A DNA stretch of 64,000 bases from Octopus sinensis (GCF_006345805.1 NC_043021.1:2108001-2172000); one strand, 5' to 3'; positions 1-12,643 are shown, numbered from the stretch's first letter. Made by a program: numbers and translations. Notes: generated from the letters alone by a model not told the origin.

Positions 1-54
1 AGGTCGTGAGTTCAATTCCCGGCGGCGCGTTGTGTCCTTGAGCAAGACCATTTT

Positions 55-282
55 AGTGGGCCCGGTGCGCGCACACGCGTACTCGCGCGTCCGCGCTAAC
101 TGGTGACTAGTCGATCCTTTCTTTGTTTTTGTGTTTTATTTACTTTGTTTAACAAAAATTATTTACTTTGTGTAAAAAAATGATTTATTTTGTGTTTTAT
201 TTACTTTGCTAGGTAGTCGTTGTAGGATCGACTAGTCACGACTAGCTAGCGCAGATGCACGAGTGCGCGCACCGGGACCACT
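55..282. mobile_element. Fold-back / MITE-like element with ~60-bp CpG-rich terminal inverted repeats
   Basis: Left arm AGTGGGCCCGGTGCGCGCAC...GTGACTAGTCGATCCT (55-118) is the reverse complement of right arm AGGATCGACTAGTCAC...GTGCGCGCACCGGGACCACT (223-282); AT-rich spacer. Confidence 0.7.
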
Positions 283-842
283 CTTTTTAAGCAGTACCGA
301 CACTTGGTCATTCGATTCCATCGGCTCTAGGTTCAAACTGGGACTTATTTTGTCAACCTCGAAGGGTAAAAGGCAAAAATCAACCTCGGTGGAATTTGAG
401 CTCAGAAAATAAAGCCGGAACAAATGCAACTAAGCATTTTGTCCGGCTTCAGCCAGCTCGCCGCCTTTCGGCCTCATTTAATTTGTCATTCTTTGTGACG
501 GTAAGTTGTAATTTGAGAAAGAGGTGGGATTTGACTGCTATTTCTAGTAGGTCATGCAACCGCGTTGTTTCGTAATTAAATGAATTGTTCTTTAGTTACA
601 AATCAGTCTTAATCGAAGAGACTTTTGACCAAAGGCCTTCTTGAGTCGAGATCGTCTCGCCTCCCTTTTTCTTTTTTTTTAAATTATATCCAGATTGTAT
701 TCTGTTCTGCTTCAGCTAATGTCTGTGGAATTAGCGTATGATCTGAGGGAATTTAACTGCTATTTCTAGTATTTCGAACAACTACGTTGAAGTTATACGA
801 ATTGCGGCTGTTGTTGAAGCAGAGCTAACAACGACAACGAAC

Positions 843-914
843 ATGGAGGAACTTATGAAGAAAAAGAAAGAAATCGAAGACGAAATCAGCGAATATGGCG
901 AAATACTGGAACAG
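843..914 (+). CDS. PSMD9: 26S proteasome assembly chaperone p27/Nas2, exon 1; CDS join 843-914,2530-2632,4880-5069,7556-7657,8099-8187,8884-8905
   Basis: MEELMKKKKEIEDEISEYGEILEQ then GT donor at 915; resembles PSMD9 QELMRRKEEIEAQI; upstream in-frame TGA at 744-746. Confidence 0.9.
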
Positions 915-1422
915 GTTTGTAGAGGGACCACGTTTTATTATTTAATATGAACACTGGAAACATAAGACACCAGTTTATTGATCTAATTCTATGAAATATT
1001 GCGATAATATTGGGTAAATGGTGGAAGTTGTGTGTTTAATTTTAAACGATCATCGAAGAAAACAAACGAATACATTTCAGTGACAAATTCCAGATTTCGC
1101 CCCTTTTTTTCATGGCTAGGGTTTAAACTCATTGGCATGACTACACAAGTGACCCCTTCTGACTTCGTTTCGTCATAACTTTCAGAAAATGGATATTTTG
1201 TAGTGAAGTTTTCTATATATACACTTCAGATGGTGTAGGTTCCGGTTATATTGGAATATAATGGTAAATAAAATAAAATTGGTGAGCATGTACACGCACA
1301 AACTGATACGCACCCTCCACACACACATTGGAAAAATGAAACTTGAAATTTTGAAAAAAAATATGTAACGTGAGACAGTATGTCAGCACGTTTACCAATT
1401 TTGTTTTCACATTAAATTCTGA

Positions 1423-1697
1423 GGCATTCTTTCGATATAACTCGACAAAATCAAACCACTTCACTTCGGGTATTTCCGTGGAAGCAAATGACAGTTTGAT
1501 TCTGTTTTCTGCTTGGAAATTTGCAGATTTTACATACACACACGAAACTGGTAAGAACAAATATGCAAGACTTTTTTTTGCTTCAAGTTTCAAATTAGAC
1601 ATTGCTGGCATAATTTCGTTATATCTATATTCCACAACCCACGGAAATACCCGAAGTGGAATGTTTTGATTTTGTCGAGTTATATCGAAGGAATGCC
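1423..1697. repeat. ~59-bp inverted repeat pair in PSMD9 intron 1, probably part of a DNA-transposon relic
   Basis: 1423-1481 GGCATTCTTTCGATATAACTCGACAAAATCAAA...TATTTCCGTGG is the near-perfect reverse complement of 1639-1697. Confidence 0.8.
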
Positions 1698-2529
1698 AAT
1701 TCTGATATAATTGTAATTTATACCATCTGAAAGGTATTTTAGAAAATTTAATTAAAGAATACTAATTTTTTCTGTAAGGTATGAGGAAACAAAGTCGAAT
1801 GGCACATTTGCGTAGGTATGCTAACATATTTTCGCATACGCCAAAATAACCTGAATGGTGACATTGCAGAGTTTATGCCAATAAAATATAGTTTGATCAA
1901 ATAATCTTTGTTGAAGGATACTCTTTTACTTGTTTCAGTCATTTGACTGTGGCCATGCTGGAGCAACGCCTATAGTCGAGCAAATCGACCTTGGGACTTA
2001 TTCTTTGTAAGCCTAGTACTTATTTTATCTGTCGCTTTTGCTGAACCACTAAGTTACAGGGACATAAGCACACCAGCATCAGTCGTCAAGCAATGTTGGG
2101 GACACACACACAAACACATATATATACGACGGGCTTCTTTCAGTTTCCGTCTACCAAATCCACTCACAAGGCTATAGTAGAAGACACTTGCCCAAGGTGC
2201 CATGCAGTGGGTTTGAACCTGGAAGTACCTGGTTGTGAAGCAAAGTTCTTAACCACACAGCCACGCCTGCATGCACGCATAGACTTACCTCTATCTGGTC
2301 ATTATTTTATGTTTGTTCTCTCGTGTTTGCATGGGTTGGACGAGTGTTGTCCAGTGCAGTCTTCTTGGTTGTCAGATGTTATTTGCAGGAGTTCTTGACT
2401 GCTATTTCAAGCAGTTCAGTTCAAGTGGCCATATCAGGCCGCTTTAGCAGATGTAATTTTGAAACACCGGTTTGTGTTGTGCATTGAATTCACCAACGTG
2501 AGAAATTTTTCTTTCTTTCTTTCTTTCAG

Positions 2530-2632
2530 CAAGGTGGAGTTGGTATGACCGAAGCTTTAGTGGACAAAGAAGGTTACCCACGGGCTGACATTGATTTATA
2601 TTCCGTAAGGAGTTCTAGGCAGAAGATTATCT
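2530..2632 (+). CDS. PSMD9: PSMD9 exon 2
   Basis: tttcag acceptor, [34 protein letters not shown], gtgagt donor; LVDxEGYPRxDxD is the family motif. Confidence 0.97.
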
Positions 2633-4879
2633 GTGAGTAACCACGAGGCTTCATTTCCACCCTTAACAGCCATAACGAGACGAATCTATTTAAACCAGCC
2701 ATATCTGGCCTCATTATACTGCCTGTTTTATGTTCAAACTGGCCAGATCTGGCCTGTCACACCTGCCCTACAATGTCATTGTAAAAATAAACAATTACAT
2801 ACTCATAATCTCAAAGCTACCAAATAATGCGTGATTAATTCAAAACAATGTGAATAGATAAGCATTTCATTTGACAGAATAACCTGAATGCTAAAGATAT
2901 TTAACCCTTTTGTTACCAACCTGGTTGAATCTGGCTCTGAGTACAAATATCTTGTTTTCATAAGTTTTGAACTAAAATCTTCCACCAAACGTCACAATTT
3001 ATGTTCCTAACACCAGCTTAATGATAACCAAGTTAGTTTACTAAATCCTTTGTTATATATAAAATTGATTGAAAGAAGCACAGAGCATCTCAAAATAAAT
3101 ACCGTAACGAAAGGGTTAACCTGTTTTATGTTCAAACTGGCCAGATCCAACGCCTCACACCTACCCTACAATGTCGTTCTGCAAATAAGCGATCACAACA
3201 TCGAAATCTCAAAACTATGAGACAACGCCCGATTCACTCAAAGCAATGAGAGAATATTTAAACATTACATTTGACAGAACAGTTTGAATGTTGAAGGGTT
3301 TATGTTTTCATTGTTTGATAGTGAATACGCGAGTTACTTCCCTTAGTTTATAAAAAGAAACAAACTTGGTTCGTTGTTCAAATTTATTTCAGTCCGGTGT
3401 CCATGCCAAGAAATTCTTTTTGTACTCTAGGCACATGGCCCGAAATTTTTGGGGAGGGGACCAGTCGATTAGATCGACCCTAGTACGCAACTGGTACTTA
3501 ATTTATCGACCCCGAAAGAACGAAAGGCAAAGTCGACCTCGGTGGAATTTGAACTCTGAACGTAAAGACAGACGAAATACTGCTAAGCCTTTTGCTCGGC
3601 GTGCTAACGATTCTGCCAGCTTGTCGCCTTCCATGGCAAGAAATTAAGCATCTGATGATGTTCTGACATCAAGTCAATCTAAGTGTTGTGGGAGGGGTTC
3701 TGGGTTCAATCCCACTGCGTGGTACCTTGGGCAAATGTCTTCTACTTTAGCCTTGAGCTGACCAAAGCCTTGTGAGCGGATTCGGTAGACGGAAACTGAA
3801 AGAAGCCCATCACATACATGCATACGTCTCTTGGTATTGTGTGATAGTTGTAAATGAGTGTCACTGTCATACAAGCAGTGTCGTTTGTTTCCAATATTCT
3901 GTGAGGGAGTTTTTCACCTCAAAGGACGAGAACTGCTATCATCATGGGGTTCAAAGAACTGGCAGAAAGGTGGCTTCAGTGCATCGGTGCAGCATGATGG
4001 CCTCCACGTTGAATGCTCAGCTGCTTTTCTTGTAATTTGACGAATAAAGCGAATAAGTCACCAAAATATTGCGAAACTCAACACAGGGAAAATGTTTTAT
4101 CTCTAAAGATGAAATTAATTGGATGGGGAAAATGTCAATTTTATTAACAATAATTAATGTTAGACATATAGACATTATAATTAGGTTTATTCCCACCACT
4201 ACCACCACCACAACCACCACCACCACCAATCTATATTGCCCTGATTTCTCCTTCAGTGGTAATTATGAGAAACATTGGAGCCTGCCCGATCACAATAATG
4301 GAATATCTTGAACCATTTTCAGCCCATGAGACTCTGAATGAAGTCTGGGGGTGGGTGTCTTTGTTGCCAAGGACAATATTGCCAATGAAATCTCGGACAC
4401 GCTTTGTAAGTCACGCGATCTGCAATCGGGGATTTTGTGGTTGGTTTCCAGTTGTCTCCCTTGCATTAGAATCTTGAATTGTCTCCCGGCCGTCCTTGGA
4501 CGATGGGTTGAAGGAATCGTTACAGCGCTTTATGACGTGAGTTCAAATCCTACAAAGGTCAGCTTCACCTTTAATCTTATCAGGGTCGGTAAAACAAAGA
4601 ACCTGTAAGGTACAGAGATCGATGGTATCGACTAGAACCCCCCCTCCGCCCTCAAAATTGTTGGCTTGTATCGAAACCAAACCATTATTGTTATTATTTT
4701 CGTGTGTCTTTATGTTGTGAGTTCAAACTCTGCTGAGGACGACTTTGCCCATCATCCTTTCAGAGGCTATAGTAGGTGTCATGCTTTCGGACTGACCCTG
4801 GAACCATTTGGTTGGGAAGCAAGCTTCTTACCACACAGCCACTCCTGCACCTATTTATGTATTTTTTTTGTTCCTGCAG

Positions 4880-5069
4880 GTCTTCAGAATGATCATAAGG
4901 CTGTGATGAAAGAAATTGAAGAAGAATTACATAGAATCCATGCGAAAGCTCGAGAAGAAAAGGGAGCCAGATACAAGAAGCGGACACCAGCATTAAGGTT
5001 TCAGCTCCAATTCTCCAGCCTTTTGCCAAAATAGACCGAGTTGACCACGGGTCACCTGCATTTACTGCC
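4880..5069 (+). CDS. PSMD9: PSMD9 exon 3 (apparent 1-nt deletion near 4955-4965)
   Basis: CLQNDHKAVMKEIEEELHRIHAKAREEK in one frame, then SQIQEADTSIKVSAPILQPFAKIDRVDHGSPAFTA (PDZ start) in the -1 frame, ending at gtaagt. Confidence 0.92.
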
Positions 5070-6399
5070 GTAAGTGTTGGCTCTGATTTTGTTCATCTTC
5101 AGTAAAATTGCTGTCATTCACTAACGTCTAGGAGTCTCTCAGTTTGGTGAGTGTGTAGGGTGATGGAATATGGGGGACAATGGAGAAAGGTCATCAGTGG
5201 AGCTAAAATGGGACCAGGGGAGACCGAGGGGGTGGTCTGCTCCTTATATTTTTTGGAGGAGTAGTGCTTTGTATATATGTTATATTGTGTTTTTTGGAGA
5301 GTAGAGAAACAAAAATAAAGAATTGTTCTGATGGTACAAGTTCTAGTTATGGCACCGAGAAGGGTACACATCATCATCATCATCATCATCATTTAATGTC
5401 CATTTTCCATGCTGACATGGATTGGATGGCTTGACCGGAAGTGGTTAGGCCAAGGGCCACACCTGGCTCTGTTGTCTCTTCTGGTATGGTTTCTATAGCT
5501 CAATGCCCTTCCTAATACCAACCAACACATGGAGTGTACTGGGTGCTTTTAATGTGGCACCAGCACCAGTACTTTTAATGTGGCACCAGCACGAGTCCTT
5601 TTCTTGTGGCACCAGCATGAGTCCTTTTCATGTGGCACCAGCACTGGCATCAATTCTGCTGTGGTGGATGGGTCCTCTTGAGTTACAACAGTGCACCAGA
5701 TATCTTGGTCCTTAGTCATTATGTATAAATCTTAAAACTCGAGATGCCAATGCCCCATGATGTAGCTAGAATAGACATTTGGTTTTTGTGTTTTATGTAT
5801 AATCCTGTCGACAACACCAGAAGCACAAGGACAAACCCTGGGCTTTGTCCTCTTTTCTGCTAATTAACCACAAACAATAAAATAATCCTTTCTACTAAAG
5901 GCACAAGGCCTGGAATTTGTGGGGAGGGGAATCAGTCGATCCCATAGACCCCAGTGTTTCACTGGTACTTAATTTATCGACCCCAAAAGGGTGAAAAGCA
6001 AAGTCAACCTCGGTGGAATTTGAACTCGGAACATAAGGACGGATGAAATAACGCTAAGCATTTTGCCTGGCATGCTAATGATTCTGCCAGCTCACCGCCT
6101 TAACGAACAATGAAATAAAGAATGGCTAATTGCGTGAGTGCAGACTTTCACAGTTGAAAATTTCAGAAATTCTTCAATTTCATTGGACAAGTTTTGAGAA
6201 AATTAATCCTTTAGCATTTAAACTGACCATATCTGGTCAAAATATTCTTCCCGTTTTATGTTCAAACTGACCAGATCCAGTCTTTCACACCTACCCTACA
6301 ACTTTAGTCTAAAAAATATATAGTCACATAATTGAAATCTCAAAGGTACAAGATAATACCCAATTAATTCAAAACAATGTGAATAAGCATTTGATAATG

Positions 6400-6787
6400 T
6401 GGTGGAAGCACTCCGTCGGTTACGATGATGAGGGTTCCGGTTGATCCGAATCAACGGAACAGCCTGCTCGTGAAATTAACGTGTAAGTGGCTGAGCACTC
6501 TACAGACACATGTACCCTTTACGTAGTTCTCGGGGATATTCAGCGTGACACAGAGAGTGACAAGGCCGGCTCTTTGAAATACAGATACAACAGAAACAGG
6601 AAGTAAGAGTGAGAGAAAGTTGTGGTGAAAGAGTACAGCAGGGATCACCACCATCCCCTGCTGGAGCCTCGTGGAGCTTTAGGTGTTTTCGCTCAATAAA
6701 CACTCACAACACCCGGTCTGGGAATCGAAACCGCGATCCTATAACCACGAGTCCGCTGCCCTAACCACTGGGCCATTGCGCCTCCAC
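6400..6787 (-). mobile_element. tRNA-derived SINE, near full length
   Basis: Minus strand starts GTGGAGGCGCAATGGCCCAGTGGTTAGGGCAGCGGACTC...GGTTTCGATTCCC (A/B-box-like); a related head occurs at 30632. Confidence 0.8.
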
Positions 6788-7555
6788 ATTTGATAATGTA
6801 TAGCACAGATGTGTTATATATAACTGTACACAACTTTCTTTGAACCCTTCAACTGTGGAATTAAATTTCATAGAGCTTCTGATAATGATGTTAAATAGCT
6901 ACCAAAAACAGCATTGGTATTTTCTGTAAATCAATAAACTTCCCATTTCTCAATAAACTTCCCTTGTCTCAATAAACTTCCCTTTTCTCAACAAGTTCCC
7001 ATATCTCCAGAGAGAAGTAGTTTCAAATACGACATTCCTCAATAGACTGGTTTACAAAACTTCTTTTCGAGTAGATGAGTAGATATATATCTGATTTCCA
7101 CAGAGAAAAAGGTTAACCAATGATAGCAACAATGATGAGGATGATTACACTAACGAAGCTAATTACGACGCTGATGACAATCCTTATTCTCTGTATATTG
7201 TAATTAATTAATTTTAAACATTTCGCTACAAAATTAAATTTCCTAGATATTCCAGTAATGATTTGAAATATCTGCCAAAAATGGAAATGGTATTTTCTGC
7301 AAGTCCTGTTGCCTCAGAAAATTTGACACATCTGAGCAGAAAATGGTTTCAGGCATAACGTTCTTCAACAAAAGATAGATTTGGTATATAAAACTGCTTT
7401 CCACAATTAAGGGTAATGAAATTTTGAGTAAACACATCTGATTTCTGTAGTAAAAGGGTTAATCATCACCACTTAGTGTGCCTTTAATTAAAAAAAAATT
7501 GATTGTTTGAGTTAATTTGTTAAATGATTAACAAATCTGAGTATCTATTTAACAG

Positions 7556-7657
7556 AGCTTACGTGTTGGGGATCAAGTCCTCCGGTTTGGTTCCATCTCG
7601 CGCACCAACTTCAAGACACTACAAGATGTTGCAAAAGTTGTTCAGCACAGTATAGAC
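7556..7657 (+). CDS. PSMD9: PSMD9 exon 4 (PDZ domain)
   Basis: aacag acceptor, SLRVGDQVLRFGSISRTNFKTLQDVAKVVQHSID, gtaagt donor. Confidence 0.95.
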
Positions 7658-8098
7658 GTAAGTTAAACCAGCAACGATTGTGTGTGTGTGTGTGTTTGTG
7701 TGTGCACGTTTGTGTTGTGTGTGTGTGTGGTGTGTGCACGTTTGTGTGTGTGAGTGTATGTCTATTTGCGGAATAGATAAAAGTATTGTTTGTGTCAGTA
7801 TGTGTGTGTGTGTGTATTTTTGTATCTGTTTATGTGTATGTGAAAATATCTATGGAAAGAGTGTATCTGTTACAAAAGTATTGTCTTTATGTGTGTGTGT
7901 GTGTTTGTGTGTGTAAGAGAGAGATAGCATGTATTTTTGCTGTTAGCAGTTTGTGTGTGTATATGTATAATTTGTTGTTATGTCTGTGTGTGTGTATGCA
8001 TATGTGAATGTATTTTGTTGTTAGGGCCATTCTGTGTGTGTGTGCATGTCTCTGACTGAATTTATGGATAATCAAAGAAACCATTCTGATTCTTTCAG

Positions 8099-8187
8099 AA
8101 ATCCATTTCTGTGACAGTGCTGCGTGATGGTAAAGAACAACGGTTAACGTTAGTACCCCAGAAATGGAGTGGTCAAGGATTTCTAGG
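8099..8187 (+). CDS. PSMD9: PSMD9 exon 5
   Basis: tttcag acceptor, KSISVTVLRDGKEQRLTLVPQKWSGQGFLG, gtgagt donor; matches the LVPxxWxGxGxLG motif. Confidence 0.96.
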
Positions 8188-8416
8188 GTGAGTTCGAACA
8201 ACAGTCACAGACAAGCAGTCTCTGGCACCACCGTCATCATCATCCTCCCTCCCCTTGGTGGAATTTTAACTCAGAACATAAAGGCAGATGAAATACCACT
8301 AAGCATTTCGTCCAGCGTGCTAACGTTTCTGCCAGATCGCCGCCTTCATTGTAATAGGCACAGGCATTTATATGCGGTTAAGAAAGGATTATTATTACTA
8401 TTATTATTATTATTAA

Positions 8417-8760
8417 GGTGGTGAGCTGGCAGAACCGTTAGCATGCCGGGCGAAATGCTTTGTGGTATTTCGTCTGCCGCTACGTTCTGAGTTCAAATTC
8501 CGCCGAGGTCGACTTTGCCTTTCATCCTTTCGGGGTCGATTAAATAAATACCAGTCATGCACTGGAGTCAATATAATCGACTTAATCCGTTTGTCTGTCC
8601 TTGTTTGTCCTCTCTGTGTTTAGCCCCTTGTGGGTAGTAAAGAAATAGGTATTTCATCTGTCGCTATGTTCTGAGTTCAGATTCTGCCAAGGTAGTCTTT
8701 TCCTTTCATCCTTTGGGGGACGGGGGTCGATAAAATAAGTACCAGTTGAATACTGAGGGG
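8417..8760 (+). mobile_element. Representative of abundant tRNA-derived SINE family A (GGCGGCGAGCTGGCAGAA...GAGTTCAAATTCCGCCGAGGTCGAC); other copies at ~300-470, 3420-3630, 5890-6100, 26373-26580, 27884-28110, 29573-29980, 43770-44010
   Basis: Same ~200-350-bp sequence recurs in both orientations; B-box-like GAGTTCAAATTCC. Confidence 0.85.
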
Positions 8761-8883
8761 GGTTAATGTAATCAACTTCCCCCTCCCCCCCAAATTGCTG
8801 CCCTTGTGGCAAAATTTGAAACCATTATCATCATCATCATCATTATTATTATTGTTATTGTTATTATTTGTTTCTCTTTGCAG

Positions 8884-8905
8884 GTGTAATATTGTACCTC
8901 TATAA
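8884..8905 (+). CDS. PSMD9: PSMD9 exon 6 (terminal coding exon)
   Basis: ctctttgcag acceptor, (G)CNIVPL then TAA; matches PSMD9 C-terminal GCNIIPL. Confidence 0.95.
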
Positions 8906-8953
8906 CTACCTTTGCCAGTGACTCGATCAAGACTTTGTATTTGCCATACCAAC

Positions 8954-8959
8954 AATAAA
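8954..8959 (+). terminator. Candidate polyadenylation signal of PSMD9
   Basis: AATAAA ~50 nt after the stop, followed by T/GT-rich sequence. Confidence 0.6.
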
Positions 8960-9267
8960 AACTTTTGTTTCTTTAATTATGTATAAAACTGTGTTGATTT
9001 GTCATTCGATTGGTTCCTTTCACTGATTGGTCAGCTAAATGTTTTGTTACCACATTTCTGTTGAAATTCACTGATTTTCTTTGGGTTTATTTGGAAATTA
9101 ACGAAGAATTTACTAAAATAACTTTGTCACCTGTTCTTACCATATATCTGTTGAAATAGGTTGTGTTTGTTTGAATTAATTTTGGAAATAACAAAGAATC
9201 TAGTAAAATAACCTTTTTATTATTGTATTTCTGTTGAAATAATCTGTCTTTGAAGTTATTTTGAAAA

Positions 9268-9330
9268 TAATGGTTAACATTGTTGCCTCCCAAGCAGCCA
9301 GTCCGGGTTCGATCCTCGGCTGATGCACCA
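9268..9330 (+). pseudogene. 5'-truncated tRNA-Gly(CCC) copy ending in genomic CCA
   Basis: Anticodon arm GTTGC-CTCCCAA-GCAGC, T-arm CCGGG-TTCGATC-CTCGG, acceptor 3' strand CTGATGC-A-CCA; 5' acceptor strand absent. Confidence 0.75.
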
Positions 9331-9928
9331 ATAGGCACAGGAGTGGTTGTGTGGTAATTAGCTTGCTTACCAACCACATGGTTCTGGGTTCACTCCCACT
9401 GCATGGCACCTTGGGCAAGTGTCTTCTACTATAACCTCGGGCTGACCAAAGCCTTGGGAGTGGATTTGGTAGACAGAAACTGAAAGAAGATCGTTGTGGG
9501 ACTGAACCCGGAACCATGTGGTTTGTAAGCTACTTAACCACACAGCCACACCTGCGCCTAGGATAAGGTGATAATCTTTCTACAACTGGATGCTTTTGCT
9601 GTCACCAACTCTTCACTTGTTTGTTTCTAAGCAAGGTAATATTTCCTTTTGGCCAGATGGTTTTTTTTCCATAAAAGAATGGAAATGAACGACACTGCTT
9701 GTATGACAATGATGCTTATTTACAACCATCCCTGATATCCAGACAAAGATGCCCCCACCCCAGAGCTCCTCCCCCACACGTTTTTTTTGGCATCTTCCAG
9801 CAACAAAATCTCACAAAGCTTTGATCAGTCTGAGACTATATTAGAAGACATCTGACCAAGGCGCCACGCAGAGGGACTGAAACCCAAACCACATGGTTGG
9901 GATGTAAGCTTCTTAACCACACAACCAC

Positions 9929-9966
<38 letters not shown>

Positions 9967-10243
9967 CGGACGAGCCCAACTTTTTTGGGCGTTAGGAAGG
10001 ACATCCAGCCGTAGAAACATTGCCAGATCAGACTGGGCCTGATGCAGCCTTCCGGCTTCCCAGACCCCAGTTGAACCGTCCAACCCATGCTAGCATGGAA
10101 AGCGGACGATAAACGATATATATATAAATACAAAATGGGACAAGAATGCAAAACATCCAGAAGACAATACAAAATACACGGATGGGTCATTCGAAGCCTT
10201 TAATCTTCAGTCAAGACCGGATCATCCTCGCAATTTTGGCTAT

Positions 10244-10290
<47 letters not shown>

Positions 10291-10425
10291 TGTATATGTA
10301 TATATATGTGTATGCATATCTATATTTATGCATACACAAACACACATTGTAGGTGTGTGTGTATATATATATATAATATATATATATGTACATATATATG
10401 TAATGTATGCATATATACTTATGTA

Positions 10426-10489
<64 letters not shown>

Positions 10490-10973
10490 CGTATGTATGT
10501 ATGAATGTCCATTCGTAGATGCACACACACACACGTAATCTATCGTTACGTCTACTGATAATATGCTGATAAAGCAGAGACAGTAGATGAAAGGGATATC
10601 TCTCCACTACTGAATACTAGAGGGGTCTTCTGGGGATTTAAAGGAAGGGATTTCAAAAGAACCCCATTTTCTAATTGCAGGACCCCATAGAGACTCACCT
10701 GTATCTTGACGTCTGTTTATTGTGTGCGTGCGTGCGTGTCACGTGTGTGTATGGGTGTATGTTGTGTGTTGTAAGTAGATGTATATCATGTTTGTGTGTG
10801 TGTGTGATGTAAATTATCTTTCAAGCTTGGTTTCTGAGAAATATCTGCAGACCCAAACGTGCAGATATCGGGTCATCTCATAAATACTTCTTTTATTTTT
10901 CAAAATTAAAATAAACAAAGTTCTTTACCCCAGCATGGCCACAGCTCGTGAGCTGAAACTAGATAAAATAAAA

Positions 10974-11198
10974 TTAAAATAATATATACTCTCCTTCGTT
11001 TTTTACAATGCTCTTCCATCTGTCTGGTAGACTTGCAAGGCCCCTCTTCCAAACTTCACTTGTCCATGACGAAAAATACTCCACTACTGTTCTGACCTCG
11101 TCTACAGAATTCACATTTTTTCCGTCCAAATGATTTTGAAGACTGCGGAATAAATGATAATCAGATGGGGCAATGTCCGGCGAATATGCTGGTTTCAT
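10974..11198 (-). mobile_element. Mariner transposase C-terminal relic
   Basis: YSPDIAPSDYHLFRSLQNHLDGK... contains the mariner YSPDLAPxD motif. Confidence 0.9.
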
Positions 11199-11434
11199 AT
11201 ATTACAAGTGCCCTTATAGAACTATACTCTTTTACTTGTTTCAGTCATTTGACTGCGGCCATACTGGAGCACCGCCTTTAGTCGAGCAAATCGACCCCAG
11301 GACTTATTCTTTGTAAGCCTAGTACTTATTCTATCGGTTCTCTTGCCGAACCGCTAAGTTACGGGGACGTAAACACACCAGCATCGGTTGTCAAGCGATG
11401 TTGCGGGGGGACAAACACATAAACACGCACACAC

Positions 11435-11466
<32 letters not shown>

Positions 11467-11703
11467 AATATACTCCCCGCCTCCTTAGCCAGGTAGAAGA
11501 GGATTCGACGTGAGTCCCAGGCAAACAATAATTATCTAGCATTTATTTTAATTTGGGTGTTCATTCAGAAAATCAGTGGACCCTTCAGTCGAAATCCCGG
11601 TTACGCCTATTCTCTGTCTGGTTGCTTGCTTGTGAGTGTGTGTGTGCGCGCGCGTGTGTGTGTATTAAAACATTAATGCGTGTGTATATATATATATAAT
11701 ATA

Positions 11704-11742
<39 letters not shown>

Positions 11743-11786
11743 AATATATTTATCCATGTATATCTATGTCTATAAATCTGTCAACA

Positions 11787-11818
<32 letters not shown>

Positions 11819-12580
11819 GCTATATACATGTATACATGTATTATATATATATATATGACATACATATACATACATTTGCATACATATACATACCCGCACA
11901 CGCGCGCACATACATACGCACATTCTCATACACATATAAGTACTTACACACATAAATACACACACACTTTCTCTCTCTCCCTCTCTCACAGACAGACACA
12001 TACAAAGACAAGCTCTTATACACACATAAGTACATACAGACACACACACGCACACACCAATATAGGAGCTCATATAAGTACATACAAGTACATACACCAC
12101 ACACACACACTCATATATTTATGTATATAGGTCGGTAACACGCGTTTCGCGTTCCGTAATGGTTTGATGGGAAAAGAAGTCGAGTGAGACTCATTATTTT
12201 GATATGATTAAAGCTGGAGGTTGTTAGATTCGGGTTTAACAACACCCAAAGGTAGGGGTGGGCTTTTTGGGGTGGAAGAACTTCAGGGAGAGAGGAAGAA
12301 TGAGAGAGAGAGAGAAGGACACACCGTTTGTGTGTGTTAGGTTTGTCAGTCAAATGGGTGGCTATACAAGTGTGTGTGTGTAAGTGTGTGTATACATATG
12401 TATAATATGTTTATGTATATATGTATGTGTGTGTGTATATATATATATACATATATATATATGTATATATATATATATATGTATGTACGTATGTAAATAT
12501 ATATATATATAATATATATGTGTGTGTGTGTGTACATATATGTGTATGTATGTGTGTATGTATGTATATATATACATATA

Positions 12581-12643
<63 letters not shown>

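Noticed and set aside
1-48. tRNA gene at the window start
   Set aside because: Only a B-box/T-arm fragment followed by GTGTCCTTGAGCAAG, typical of a SINE head
4955-4965. Programmed -1 ribosomal frameshift in PSMD9
   Set aside because: No X_XXY_YYZ heptamer or evident downstream pseudoknot; the assembly shows other indel-type noise
4666-5034. 122-aa ORF as a stand-alone gene
   Set aside because: Chimera of intronic SINE sequence and PSMD9 exon 3 read through the frameshift
10146-10607. Many ORF-track hits rich in YI, CV, HT, RE or poly-L/I/V/T (also at 12-13 kb, 15.5 kb, 18 kb, 22 kb, 26 kb, 47-51 kb)
   Set aside because: Translations of (AT)n, (AC)n, (AG)n, (ATT)n and (GGT)n microsatellites; no gene evidence
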